Positions 22,720-36,300 of a DNA stretch of 64,000 nucleotides are shown here, in pieces. The stretch is from Squalus acanthias (lineage: Eukaryota). The position numbers were made by a program, and so were the translations under genes. Within the stretch, counting starts at the first letter, position 1. The number at the start of each line of letters is the position of its first letter. A model generated the notes under the pieces. The model was not told where the DNA came from. It saw nothing but the letters and a program-made list of their open reading frames with translations, and searched no databases. The stretch lies in contig CM059432.1 in the NCBI GenBank assembly GCA_030390025.1, positions 83,268,001-83,332,000 on the forward strand. Reading direction: 5' to 3'.

Positions 22720-24475
22720 GGACTGGAGAACAGCTAACGTAGTACCATTATTCAAGAAGGGTAGTAGGGATAAACCAGGGAATTATAGGCCAGTGAGCCT
22801 AACATCAGTGGTAGGGAAATTATTGGAAAAAATTCTGAGGGACAGAATTAGTCTCCACTTGGAGAGGCAAGGATTAATCAAGGATAGTCAGCATGTCTTT
22901 GTCAGGGGGAGATCATGTCTAACCAATTTGATTGAATTTTTCGAGGGGGTGACTAGGTGTGTGGATGAGGGTAGTGCAGTTGATGTGGTCTACATGGACT
23001 TCAGTAAGGCTTTTGACAAAGTCCCGCATGGGAGACTGGTCAAGAAGGTAAGAGCCCATGGGATCCAGGGCAACTTGGCACATTGGATCCAAAATTGGCT
23101 TAGTGGCAGGAGGCAGAGGGTGATGGCCGAAGGTTGTTTTTGTGACTGGAAGCCTGTGTCCAGTGGTGTACCGCAGGGATCGGTGCTGGGTCCTTTGCCG
23201 TTTGTAGTGTACATTAATGATTTAGATATGAATGTAGGAGGTATGATCAGTAAGTTTGCAGATGACACGAAAATTGGTGGAGTGGTAAATAGCGAGGAGG
23301 GAAGCCTCAAGCTACAGGACGATATAGACGGGTTGGTCAGATGGGCAGAACAGTGGCAAATGGAATTTAACCCTGAAAAGTGTGAGGTGATGCATTTTGG
23401 GAGGACTAACAAGGCAAGGGAATACACAATGAATGGTAGGACCCTAGGGAGGGACCTTGGTGTGCATGTACATAGATCCCTGAAGGCAGCAGGACAGGTA
23501 GATAAGGTGGTTAAAAAGGCATATGGGATACTTGCCTTCATTAGCCGAGGCATAGAATATAAGAGCAGGGAGGTTATGATGGAGCTGTACAAAACGCTAG
23601 TTAGGCCACAGCTGGAATACTGTGTGCAGTTCTGGTCGCCACACTATAGGAAGGATGTGATTGGATTGGAGAGGGTGCAGAGGAGATTCACCAGGATGTT
23701 ACCTGGGCTGCAGCGCTTCAGCTATGAAGAGAGACTGGACAGGCTGGAGTTGTTTTCCTTAGAGCAGAGAAGGCTGAGGGGGGACCTGATTGAGGTGTAC
23801 AAAATTATGAGGGGCATAGATAGGGTAGATAGAAAGGAACTTTTCCCCTTAGTAGAGGGGTCAATAACAAGGGGGCATAGTTTCAAGGTAAGGGGCAGGA
23901 GGTTTAGAGGGGATTTGAGGAAAAACTTTTTCACCCAGAGGGTGGTTGGAATCTGGAACTCACTGCCTGAAAGGGTGGTAGAGGCAGGAACCCTCACAAC
24001 ATTCAAGAAGCATTTAGATGAGCACTTGAAACGCCATAGCATACAAGGCTACGGACCAAGTGCTGGAAAATGGATTAGAATAGACAGGGCTTGATGGCCG
24101 GCGCGGACACGATGGGCCTCTTTCTGTGCTGTATAACTCTATGACTCTATGAGAGTGACCAATGTCATATCCGTTTTCAAAAAGGGAGACAGAGGTAATC
24201 CGGACAAGCCAGTTAGTTTAACATCTGTGGTAGGGAAAATTTTGGAATCTTTTACAGATAAAATTACTAATTATCTAGAAGACAACAAAATAATTAGCAG
24301 CCAACATGGATTACAGAAAGGAAGGTTGTTCTGGATAAACCTGAAGAGTTCTTGGATGGAGTAAATGCAGTGGGTGTGGTGTACATGGACTTTCAAAAAG
24401 TCTTTAACAAAGTACCACACAGGAGACTACTGGAGAAGATTAAAGACATCCTGCAGGGGCATATCAGATCCTGGA

Positions 24476-25420
24476 GTAGGAACTTAGGAAGAGGAGTACG
24501 CCATTGAGCCCCTCGAGCCTGTTCCACTATTCATTGAGATCATGGCTGATCTGCGACCTAACTCCATATCCCCGCCTTTGGCCCATATCCCTTAATACCT
24601 TTGGTTAACAAAAAGCTATCAATCTCAGATTTAAAGTTAACAATTGAGCTAGCATCAATTGCCATTTGCGGAAGAGAGTTCCAAACTTCTACCACCCTAA
24701 TTTCACTCCTGAAAGGTCTGGCTCTAATTTTTAGACTATGCCCCCTAGTCCTACAATCCCCAACCAGCGGAAATAGTTTCTCTCTAGCTACCCTATCTGT
24801 TCTCCTTAATATCTTGAAAACTTCAATCAAATCACCCCTTAACCTTCTAAATTCTAGGGACTACAACCCTAATTTGTGTAATCTCTCCTTGTAACTTAAC
24901 TCTTGAAGTCCGGGTATCATTCTGGTAAACTTACATTCTACTCCCTCCAAGGCCAATATATCCTTCCTAAGGTGTGGTTCCCAGAAATGCTCACAGTACT
25001 CCAGGTGTGGTCCAACCAGGGTTTTGTACAGCTGCAGCATAACTTCTACCCCCTTGTATTCTAGTCCCCCAGATATAAAGGCCAGCATTCCATTAGACAT
25101 ATTGATTATTTTCTGTACCTGTTCATGACATTTTAATGATCTATGTACCTGGACCCCCAAGTCTCTTTGCACCTCCACTGTTTTTAGCTTTTCACCATTT
25201 AGAAAGTACCCTGTTCTATCCTTTTTAGGTCCAAAGTGGGTGACCTCACATTTGCCTACATTGAAATCCATTTGCCACAGTTTTGCTCATTCACTTAATC
25301 TGTCGATATCCCTTTGTAATTTTATGCTTTCATCTACAATGCCGCCTATCTTTGTGTCATCAGCAAATTTGGATATATGACTTTCTATGCCATCATCTAA
25401 GTCGTTAATAAATATTGTGA
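24476..25420 (-). mobile_element. 5'-truncated CR1 LINE
   Basis: ORFs 24861-25271 and 24558-24830 are CR1 RT C-terminus. Same subfamily as 45612-46127 and 51158-52760. Confidence 0.9.
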
Positions 25421-25787
25421 ATACTGGTAGACAAGTCTAAAGCCAAAACACCTTTCGCTGGTAGTTCAAAATAACATTCTTAAGATTAGGTTTTTTGTAG
25501 GTTGTAGCTGGTACGTTCAAACCCAGCTCCTGGACTGTATTTAGTACCTGCTGTCTGGTTTTGCAGGCAGACCCCAGCAAGAAGCTCTAATGAGCTAATC
25601 CTCCAGATGCAGAACTATTGCATTCTGAGATGCACTACAACCACAGTTCCTGTAAATGGTGCCCTTCTTTATGTCCACCTATCCTCTGGAACTTCCTCGC
25701 CAACTCTCTATCTTTAAAAACTCTCTCAAAACCCAGCTCTTCAACCAAGCTTCCTAATCTCTCCTCCCTGGATCAGGGTTTGTTTAC

Positions 25788-27932
25788 TCCCAACTGTCCA
25801 GCCTCTGGCCCTCGATCCACCATGACATTTCTGCAGCTACCGATCTGCTCAACCACACCCTCACCACCTTTGATGCCCTAGTCCCTACTAAAACAATTAC
25901 CCTCTCTCATCCGGGCCATTCCCCCTGGTACGGCTCTCATCTTTGCTCCCTTAAGTCCAAGGGACGCAGACTCGAACGGATATGGCAGGCAACTGGTTTA
26001 GCCATTCACCGCCAGATCTGGCTGGGACCACATAAAGCACTATCGGGCCCTGCTCTTGTCTGCCAAAATTGCTCACTATTCCAATGCAAAGATAAACCCC
26101 GGCTCCTATTCTCGACTGCTAACCGTCTCCTCCACCCTCACCTCTGATAACAAGTGTGAGGAGCTCATGGACTTCTTTGTGTCTAAGATTGAGACCATCT
26201 GTTCAGCTGCCTCTGCCACTTCCCTTCCTTCCCCTAGCCCTGAACTCACATCTTTCTCCAGTTTCTCTCCGATCTTCCCTCATGACCTCTCTGCGCTCAT
26301 CTTGTCCATGAGACCCACCTTCTGCTCCCTCGACCCTATTCCCACCAAACTGCTGACCACCCAACTTCCTTTTCTGGCTCCCATGTTAGCTGATATTAAC
26401 GGCTCTCTCCCTCAGGTACTGTCCCCCTCCCCCTCAAATCTGCCCTCATCACCCCCTCCTCAAAAAATCAACCCTTGATCCCTCCGTCCTTGCAAACTAC
26501 CGCCCCATCTCCAACCTCCCTTTCCTCTCCAAAGTCCTTCAACATGTTGTCGCCTCCCAAATCCGTGCCCATCTTTCCCGCAATTCCATGTTTGAATCCC
26601 TCCAATCAGGTTTCCGCCCGTGTCACAGTACTGAAACGGCTCTCATCAAAGTCACAAATGACATCCTTTCTCGTCCTTCTTGACTTGTCTGCAGCCTTTG
26701 ACCGGTTGACCACTCCATTCTTCTCCAACGCCTCTCCACTGTCGTCCAGCTGGGTGGGACTGCACTCGCCTGGTTCCATTCTTATCTATCTAATCGTAGC
26801 CAGAGAATCACCTGCAACAGCTTCTCTTCCCGCTCCCGCATCGTTACCTCTGGTGTCCCCCAAGGATCTATCCTTGGCCCCCTCCTATTTCTCATCTACA
26901 TGTTGCCCCTTGGTGACATCATCTGAAAACACAGCGTCAGTTTCCACATGTACACTGACGACACCCAGCTCTACCTCACTACCTCTTCTTTCGACCCCTC
27001 CACGGTGTCTAAATTGTCAGACTGTTGGTCCGACATACAGTTCTGGATGAGCAAAAATTTTCTCCAATTAAACATTGGGAAGACCGAAGCCATTGTTTTC
27101 GGTCCCCGCCACAAACTCCTAGGGAACCCAGCCAATGACTCCATCTCTCTCCCTAACATCCGTCTGAGGCTGAACCACTGTTTGCAACCTTGGTGTCATA
27201 TTTGACCCTGAAATGAGCTTCCGACCACATATCCGCAGCATAACAAAGACCGCCTACTTCCACCTCCATAACATCGCCCGTCTCTGCCCTTGCCTCAGCT
27301 CATCCGCTGCTGAAACCGTCATCCATGCCTTTGTTACCTCTAGACTTGACTATTCCAACGCACTCCTGGCTGGCCTTCCACATTCCACCCTACGTAAACT
27401 TAAGGTCATCCAAAACTCTGCTGCCTGTGTCCTAACTCGCACCAAGTACCATTCGCCCATCTCCCCTGTGCTTGCTGACCTACATTGACTCCCGGTTAAG
27501 CAGCACCTCGATTTCAAAATTCTCATCCTTGTTTTCAAATCCCTCCATGGCCTCGCTCCTTCCCATCTCTAATCTCCTTCAGCCCCACAAACCCTCCCCC
27601 CCCCCCGTCCCGAGATACCTGCGCTCCTCCAATTCTGCCCTCTTGAGCATCCCTGATTATAATCGCTCAACCATTGGTGGCCATGCCTTTTGTTGCCTAG
27701 GCCCTAAGCTCTGGAATTCCCTACCTAAACCTCTCCACCTCGCTACCTCTCTTTCCTCCTTTAAGACGCTCCTTAAAACCTACCTCTTTGACCAAGCTTT
27801 TGGTCACCTGCCCTAATTTATCCTTATGTGGCTCGGTGTCAAATTTTTTGTCTTAAAATACTCCTGTGCAGCGCCTTGGGACGTTTTACTACGTTAAAGG
27901 CGCTATATAAATACAAATTGTTGTTGTTGTTT
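25788..27932 (+). mobile_element. L2-clade LINE, 5'-truncated; same family as 2905-6835
   Basis: [25 protein letters not shown] and HAFVTSRLDYSN motifs; (ttg)n tail. Confidence 0.9.
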
Positions 27933-28121
27933 AGTCATGTTTGTTTATGAATCACCTTGGGACATTTCTTGCCTTGAAAACACTATATAAATTGCAAGTT
28001 GTTGATCTAATCACTCCATGGAAACCCAGGGGTGTGATCATAAAATGAATGGGGTGGTCCTGTCTGGTATTTCAAAAACCAATATATTTGGAGTGATTCT
28101 TCCACATGTGGTACTTTCTTT

Positions 28122-29246
28122 GATAAAGTGCCACATAATAGGCTTGCCAGCAAAGTTGAAGCCCATGGAATAAAAGGGACAGTGGCAGCATGGATACAAA
28201 ATTGGCTAAGTGACAGGAAACAGAGAGTAGTGGTGAACGGTTATTTTTTGGACTGGAGGAAGGTATACAGTGGTGTTCCCCAAGGGTCAGTATTAGGACC
28301 ACTGCTTTTCTTGATATATATTAATGACTTGGACTAGGGTGTACAGAGCACAATTTCAAAATTTGCAGATGACAAAAAACTTGGAAGTATAGTGAACAGT
28401 GAGGAGGATAGTGCTAGACTTCAAGAGGACATAGACAGGCTGGTGAAATGGGTAGACACGTGGCAGATGAAATTTAACGCAGAACAGTGCGAAGTGATAC
28501 ATTTTGGTAGGAAGAACGAGGAGAGATAATATAAACTAAAGAGTACAATTCTAAATGGGGTGCATGGACAGACAGACCTGGGGGTATATGTGCACAAATC
28601 GTTGAAGGTGGCAGGGCAGGTTGAGAAAGGGTTAAAAAAGCATACGGCATCCTGGGCTTCATAAATAGAGGCATAGAGTACAAAAGCAAGGAAGTTGTGA
28701 TGAGCCTGTATAAAACACTGGTTCGGCCTCAACTGGTGTATTGTGTCCAATTCTGGGCACCACACTTTAGGAAGGATGTGAGGGCCTTAGAGAGGGCGCA
28801 GAAAAGATTTACAAGAATGGTTACAGGGATGAGGGACTTCAGTTACGTGGATAGACTGGAGAAGCTGGGGTTGTTCTCCTTAGAGCTGAGAAGGTTGAGA
28901 GGAGATTTGATCGAGGTGTTCAAAATCATGAGGGGTGGAAGGGTCGAGAACCAGAGGACACAGATTTAAGGTGATTGGCAGAAGAACCAAAGGCAACATG
29001 AGGAAAAACTTTTTAGGCAGTGAGTGGTTAGGATCTGGAATGCACTGCCTGAGATGGTGGTGGAGGCAGATTTAATCGTGGCTTTCAAAAGGGAATTGGA
29101 TAAGTACCTGAAGGAAAAAAATTTGCATGGCTACAGGGAAAGGGCAGGGGTGTGGGACTAGCTGAAGTGCTTTTGCAGAGTGTCGGCACGGGCACGACAG
29201 GCCAAATGGCCTCGTTCTGTGCTGTAACCATTCTATGATTCTATGA
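28122..29246 (+). mobile_element. 5'-truncated CR1 LINE
   Basis: [18 protein letters not shown] and YCVQFWAP motifs; (ttctatga)n tail. Confidence 0.9.
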
Positions 29247-31195
29247 AATGGACACAAATTTCTTCAGCTACCTCCTTGGAAATTTTCCTTCAGTCCCTAA
29301 CAGCCTCTTGTGGTCAATTTCTCACCCTGCATGCCATTCTTACCTCTAGGATCAAGGATGGGACAGAAAGCCTGAAGTAAGTCTGGTAATGCAACCTAGC
29401 CCGACTGTTAAGTGAGGAGGAATGGCAAAGAGTAGAGTCAGAACATAAACATTGCTACCTGTAACAGATTGCACAGGCCAATTCAAAATCATAATATCGC
29501 ACATAGTGTACTCCACTCATGATCCACAAATTTCACCCCTCATACCAGACGACTGCTAGAGGGACTGCAGCTAGAAAGGCACCCTCCTGCACATATTCTG
29601 CTCATGGCTTGCATCTTGCTATATTGGACAGAAATCCTGGAGATCACTACGAACATGACTGTTTTCAGGATCCCGAGAGGACCCAGCTCAGTGCTTGTTG
29701 GACTGACCCAATGCAGAAAAGGCCCATCTTCCTCCCATCAATAAGCAGGCTAGCATGATTCTTGCAACCAAATGCATTTCACCCCCCCTCTGTAGGGTGC
29801 ACCCCACCAACAACAAACATGTGGGACATTTGTCAATCAGAATGAGTGATGATTGGTCTATGCCTGGAATTGGGTAAATACCAGGTAGTCTGAGACCTAG
29901 CCCCTCAGCACATAAATCTACTCATTTCCCAGAAACATGACCATTATTACACAGGAACCCACCCCACTGTCCCCAACCCTAACTAACCCCACAACTCGGG
30001 ACCAAACAAGCTGCCCCAATCCCCCAACCTCCATTGCCCTAGTGCAAACAGCTTAATATGGCGATACATGGCTCCCTCAAGCACCATGCAGTCAGGATGT
30101 GAAGTGACTTTATAAACTATATATGAGTGTGTACACTCTCATGTGTGATTGCACAATGACCTCAAAATATCTATGTGAATGTACCCTCAATCATACAATT
30201 ATTTCATAAAATATATGTATATCTTCATAAAATAAATGTATTAATTGAAGGAAGCTTAGCAAACATGGCCATACATATGAAAAATTATAGAAGTCTAAAG
30301 GTTCAATTCTGTTAGGCAGACCAGACAGATGTGGTAATGAGCAGTAAAACATAAGTGTGGTAGATGCTCACAATGAGTTAGAGGAGCTGGTGTTTTATAA
30401 TGATAATAGAGTGGTGACACAATTCCCAGTACTGGCAGTATGTATACAGTTGACACTGGAGACTAGATTTCAATCCCTCCACCTGCTCCAAAGAATGTTT
30501 TTCTTCTGTTTTCTTCTGGACTCCTCCTAGTCCCTTTCTCGTTGCTTTCTTTCCTCTGCTCCCCTAATCTTCCTTTTCCTGGTCTTCTCTCCTTCTCTCC
30601 ATGTTTTTGTTATGCTAAGTGATTTTTTTTCACCCATCCAGCAATCCAACTCTCCTTTGCTAGTGTGATAAATATATTTAATCTTGTTTTGGTAGCTGTC
30701 ACTTTAAAACTCAGTCATTGTGCAAAGGGAGTTTACTTTGTAATGCATCTTGAGAGACATTCTGCATTTTAACAGTGTTTTATATAAAGTAAATTGATTA
30801 TGTTATTTATACATGTACCTTCAGCCGGGTCAGAAGTAAAAATGGCATTAGCATCACTTTGAAAATTAAATTCAGTGCTGTGACTGGTTGAAATTTCAGC
30901 CTTTCAAAAGGAATTGTTTTCCTACGAGTTCTATATTTCAGCAAGTCAGTACTGTTAAATTGCTTATTTCAGCCGTTAAGAAAAATGTGACACCTGGTTT
31001 TATCTGTTGCAGGTAGATTTAATGTGTGATGCATTATACACAAGACTTTTAATTATACAGATGCTAGACTGAAGGCTTATAAGGATTATGATCAATTAAT
31101 ATAATCATTTGTAAACTGACATATAATGAATTAGAAAAATACAACAATCAAAGCACTGCTAGAATTTCCATTTGGCATCATTAGTAAACCACAGT

Positions 31196-31348
31196 GGGGT
31201 AGAATTTACAAGGGGGTTCTCCTGAACCCCCGCTATAACTTCTGTGGAAATCCTGAAGAAATAACGCAAACAGTCGCTTACTCCATTTCTCCAGGTTAAC
31301 CGAAGTTACAGCAGATGATCGAGAGAATCCCTGCGGAAATTCTATCCC
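31196..31348. mobile_element. Short palindromic MITE (153 bp), Harbinger-like ends
   Basis: ggggtagaattt...aaattctatccc, with the halves complementary along most of their length. Flanks are agt / aat. Confidence 0.7.
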
Positions 31349-31501
31349 AATGCTTTGTATGGCATACTTACTTTTATATCTTTGATACCAAACCTAGCAA
31401 ACCAGAATACTACCTGTACTTCAAAATCAAATTTTTAAAAAGCCGCACAACCTTATTTGAAAAAGAAATGCAAGTCCAGTTTATCCATTTAATGCAATGC
31501 A

Positions 31502-31542
31502 TTACAAATTACTTTTCCATTTCAGAGTTGTCTCATCTTGGA
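31502..31542 (-). CDS. LACTB2: LACTB2 terminal coding exon (41 bp to stop), followed by 3' UTR toward lower coordinates
   Basis: cattttgtcttgcag|TC CAA GAT GAG ACA ACT CTG AAA TGG AAA AGT AAT TTG TAA. Phase 1 completes ATC, giving IQDETTLKWKSNL*, a LACTB2-like C-terminus. Confidence 0.9.
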
Positions 31543-32639
31543 CTGCAAGACAAAATGATAGGTATTTTGATTAATGCCGTTTACAGCACTGAAAAATACT
31601 GCACTGAATCCATGTTGAAAATTGCAGAATTAAATATTGCCAGTAATTCAGTAACAAACAACAAAACATTGCTTCCCTGAATCAGTTCCTGAAGATAGTT
31701 ACTGAGGTTATTACACCAACTACTATACAAATTTCTAAACTACTGATTGAAAATAATTTTCGTTTTTCTGCAGGTTTCCCTCCAGCCCCCTTGCCAAATC
31801 ATCGACTCTTGCTATGAAGAGTTCCATGCATGCAGTCACTTTCCATTACTTTGCCCAAGTGACTTCTTCATGATTGAGCCTATACATAAAGTCTATTCAA
31901 CTGGAGGCCAATGTAGTTTTCATCTGACATCTGTGCACACACCTCCAGCAGAAGATTAGAAGTGGGAACACTCACCAATTTTCTCCTCCCTTATAATGGC
32001 ACAAAGGTAAATTGTAGTACACCATTGCCATCCCAGCTCAGATCAGTCAATTTAGCGCAGATCAGAGATTGAACATGGAATCATCTGAGTCTATATGGCT
32101 CAGCTATTGTCTCAATCACAATAAACAAGACCAATCACGGTCCCAAACAAAGTAATCAAAGTTCTAAACATTAAAATTGCTGTTCTGTTTGTGACTATGA
32201 ATGACCGGTTTGGTATAATGTTCATCTTGTTTAGAAATATTCAGCACTGTAAAACATAGACTGTCTGCTAAGGTGAAATCCTGAGTGAAACAATGACAAC
32301 ATGCCTTTTGTGCTTGTCGAAAATGGAATTGGCTAATTCCGGGTCTGCTTAATTTTAATCATCCTGATGAGCTCCTGGCAGTACTGCCTCTGATTGGGAG
32401 CTCGCCAGTTGGGGATCAGGAAGTTCTGTGCTGCTGAGGATTAAAGGGACCAATATACCAAAAACCCTTGTGGCAACACTGAATGCCAGTAAAGCTGCAG
32501 AATCATCCCCCTCCCCGGTTCAACAGGGAAACAATGGCCGTGCTTCTCCATGGAAAGACGCAACCCTAGAGAGTAACACAACCGCAATGGCGGGACGTGG
32601 TAGGGCAGTTAGCATGAATACAGCCACACTTTTTGTTTT

Positions 32640-33390
32640 CGGGATGTAGGTTGTGCTCATTGTCTATGCATAGTTACCCTGTGAAGGTGGTGGTGGGTCT
32701 TCTTGAATGGCTGCAGTTTTTGTGACAATGATAGCTCCACAATGGTGTTAGGTAGGGATTTCTAGGATTTTAACCCAGTGACAATGAAGAAGCGGCAGTT
32801 TATGTCCAAATCAGGATGGTGTGTGACTAGGAGGTGATGTTGTTCCCACGGCATTGCTGTTCTCATCTTTCTGAATATTAGATATCAGAGGCTAGGAGGT
32901 GCTGTCGAAGTAAGTGTTCAAAATCATGAGGGGTCTAGACAGAGTAGATAGAGAGAAACTGTTCCCACTGGCAAAAGGGTCGAGAACCAGAGGACACAGA
33001 TTTAAGGTGATTGGCAGAAGAACCAAAGGCGACATGAGGAAAAACTTTTTTACGCAGCGAGTGGTCAGGATCTGGAATGCACTGCCTGAGAGGGTGGTGG
33101 AGGCAGATTCAATCATGGCTTTCAAAACGGAATTGGATAAGTACCTGAAGGAAAAAAATTTGCAGGGCTACGGGGAAAGGGCAGGGGTGTGGGACTAGCT
33201 GAAGTGCTCTTGCAGAGCGCCTGCACGGGCTCGATGGGCCGAATAGCCTCCTTCTGTGCTGTAACTATTCTATGATTCTAAGCTTGTTGAGTTACAGCAG
33301 TGCATCCTGCAGACAGTGCTTAATGCAGTCAGTGGAGGAGGGAATGGATGCCGGGGGCTGCTGATCAAGTGAACTGCTGTCCTATATGTG
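32640..33390 (-). mobile_element. Decayed Zenon-like LINE 3' fragment interrupted by a plus-strand CR1 3' end (32913-33280)
   Basis: Degenerate reverse complement of 11600-12010. The insert carries ORF 32914-33198 and a ttctatgattcta tail. Confidence 0.75.
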
Positions 33391-33394
33391 GAAA

Positions 33395-36300
33395 CTAAGT
33401 GTCATAAAACTATCAATGACCTCACCAGGGCAAGCAAGGTATGGGTCAGCAGCATCTTGCAAGAGTGCGTTGCACACAGCGTATCAGACAGTCACAGTGA
33501 TCTCCCTCACACTGTTAAAGTGAATGAATTGCTTACCATCAATGCCCAGGATGTTTTTATAGCCCCAGCCTTTACCTCAAACTGTTTCTCCTCTCAGTCC
33601 TACATTCAATCATCGTACGAAAAGCTTCATATGGAATCTAATTGCATAGTGCATGCTCCTATCATCATGCTAGTTATATGCTGCTTGCCGACACTGTCTT
33701 TTGCAGTCTCTCACAGTATCCGAAGGTAATTTAAACATTTTGCTTTCTTTTTCATAGCCAAGACAGCACCTAATAACAGCACAAGAAAAGCCATAGGTGG
33801 TGGACGGCCTGACCTCCACCCTCTAACTGTATGAGGAGGAAGCCCTTGGATTCGTGAGGAGGAGATTATAAAGTGTCGATTACAGTGAGCTATGAGGACA
33901 AGTGTCAGCTGCAGGTCCATTATGGCATTCTGCTTCTCCTTCTCAAGCTAATGGTACCACACATTACCTGCTGGCTAGCTACATCATTAAACCCTCATGT
34001 GATTCCTACTGAAAGTCTCATGTGAAATCCTCAGTAACCCATTCTATTCTCTTTTCTTGTCTTCTTCTAGATGTTCCAGACCGAGAAGAATCAGGATAAA
34101 GCACATCATCACATGTGCCATCATCACCAGCCCAGAGACATCCACGCAGCAACATTCAAGAGTGAGCTACAAGGGAGTGTATGAGTGGACAGGAGGAGCT
34201 GGGGGTGAAAGATGAGGAGGAAGAAATTGATGGCTGGAGTAAATAGATGTTACACCAGCAATAGAAGTGTCTGGGGACCCAGATCTCATAAGTCCTGATT
34301 TTAAAAGAAGGATGCTTGAAAAGCACTAAAGGTATGTGCAGTCACTGTGGATGGGTCTGGCAACGTGCAGCATATGGTGGAGGAGTACACCACCCAAATT
34401 GATGGAAGGTGTCGTCGACAGTGCTATCAAGCAGCACTTACTCACCAATAACCTGCTCACTGATGCCCAGTTTGGGTTCTGCCAGGACCACTCGGCTCCA
34501 GACTTCATTACAGACTTGGTCCAAACATGGACAAAAGAGCTGAATTCCAGAGGTGAGGTGAGAGTGACTGCCCTTGACACCAAGGCAGCATTTGACTGAG
34601 TGTGGCATCAAGGAGCCCTAGTAAAACTGAAGTCAATGGGAATCGAGGGGAAAACTCTCCACTGGCTGGAGTCATACCTAGCACAAAGGAAGATGGTTGT
34701 GGTGGTTGGAGGTCAATCATCACAGCCCCAGGACATCGCTGCAGGAGTTCCTCAGGGCAGTGTCCTAGGCCCAACCATCTTCAGCTGCTTCATCAATGAC
34801 CTTCCCTCCATCATAAGGTCAGAAATGGGGATGTTCGCTGATGACTGCACAGTGTTCAATGCCATTCACAACTCCTCAGATAAAGAAGCAGTCCATGACC
34901 GCATGCAGCAAGACCTGGACGACATTCAGGCTTGGGCTGATAAGTGGCAGGTAATATTCGCGCCACACAATTGCCAGGCAATGACTATCTCGAGCGTCTA
35001 ACCACCGCCCCTTGACATTCAACGGCATTACCATCGCCGAATCCCCCACCATCAACATCCTGGGGGAGGGTCACCTTTGACCAGAAACTTAACTGGACCA
35101 GCCACATAAATACTGTGGCAACAAGAGCAGGTCAGAGGCTGGGTATTCTGCGACGAGTGTCTCACCTCCTGCCTCCCAAAGCATTTCCACCATCTACAAG
35201 GCACAAGTCAGGAGTGTGATGGAATACTCTCCACTTGCCTGGATGAGTGCAGCTCCAACAAAACTCAAGAAGTTCGACACCATCCAAGACAAAGCTGCCC
35301 ACTTGATTGACACCCCATCCATCACCTTGAACATTCACTCCCTCCACCACCGGCGTACCGTGGCTGCAGTGTGTACCATCTACAAGATGCACTGCAGCAA
35401 CTCGCCAAGGCTTCTTCAGCAGCACCTCCCAAACCCGCGACCTCTACCACCTAGAAGGACAAGGGCAGCAGGCACATGGGAACACCACCACCTCCAAGTT
35501 CCCCTCCAAGTCGCACACCATCCTGACTTGGAAGTATATCACCGTTCCTCATTGTCGCTGGGTCAAAATCCTCGAACTCCCTCCCTAACAGCACTGTGGG
35601 AGTACCTTCACCACACGGACTGCAGCGGTTCAAGGCGGCAGCTCACCACCACCTTCTCAAGGGCAACTAGGGATGGGCAATAAATGATGGCCTTGCCAGC
35701 GATGCCCACATCCCATGAACTAATAAAAAAAATTCGTGACACCATGATTTCTCTACATTGCAGCAGATCCTGGAGGCAGCGTGTGGCATCTCCAGGCCAA
35801 TCTGCAAGGGAGCCCCTCCACCACAGATGCTCATAGAGGCCTGAGGTGTCAGCTTTCTCTCCCAACCTCCAAACGATGCAAGCTGAGAAAGAGACAAGTA
35901 TCTCTTCAGAACTTCACTGATGTCATGATACCATTAGTTCTGCTTTCCTGCAGATCAGTGGCCATGCATAGGCATTGCCCAGTACTGGTGGCATGGCAGG
36001 AATGTGCTCACGATGTTGCTGTCTCTCAGAATAGCAGCACGTGCATACCTGCTGCCAGCACCCTCACAAGCCTGCGCATGTGGCAGAAAGGAAGCAGGGC
36101 TAGGCAAGTAGAGCTGTAGCAAGTAGAAAGGTGCAGCCTGCGTGGGATCTCCAGACCGCCGTGTGGTCGCGAAGCTTAGCGGGAACGTTGGACAGGACTA
36201 TTGCACTGCGCAGATCTGGTAATCAAGGGATGGTCTCTTGCATCAAATTGGAAAGAATGTTTCTGGCAGTTAGCAATGAGTTGTCCTTTGTATCCCCTTC

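Larger units (their letters stand above)
20862..24094 (+). pseudogene. CR1 ORF2 (EN + RT), disrupted
   Basis: Relative to copy 1: 1-bp deletions at ~20955, ~22060 and ~24071, a 15-bp in-frame deletion at ~23448, and a Penelope insertion at 22421-22719. Confidence 0.9.
19651..24150 (+). mobile_element. Full-length CR1 LINE (copy 2) with 7-bp TSD
   Basis: TSD GAGAGTG at 19644-19650 and 24151-24157. Has 5' UTR, ORF1, ORF2 and a ctctatgactctat tail. Confidence 0.95.
18071..24450 (+). mobile_element. Old, decayed CR1 host element (pieces 18071-19160, 19560-19650, 24151-24450)
   Basis: Degenerate IVLGDFNYP and HLGSNDHN motifs. VLEDWRV|TNVISVFKKG continues across the copy 2 insertion. Confidence 0.75.

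Noticed and set aside
14290..24042. Numerous antisense ORFs over the LINEs (e.g. 22990-23592, 19926-20495)
   Set aside because: Shadow frames of CR1 coding sequence with no independent evidence.
14145..24094. RT ORFs as retron, DGR, group II intron or other novel RT system
   Set aside because: APE endonuclease, esterase ORF1, 8-bp tail repeats and TSD identify ordinary CR1 LINEs.
31315..31959. Plus-strand ORFs 31315-31680 and 31747-31959
   Set aside because: No recognisable protein. They overlap the antisense of the LACTB2 last exon and an old SINE-like repeat also seen near 50.7 and 56.7 kb.
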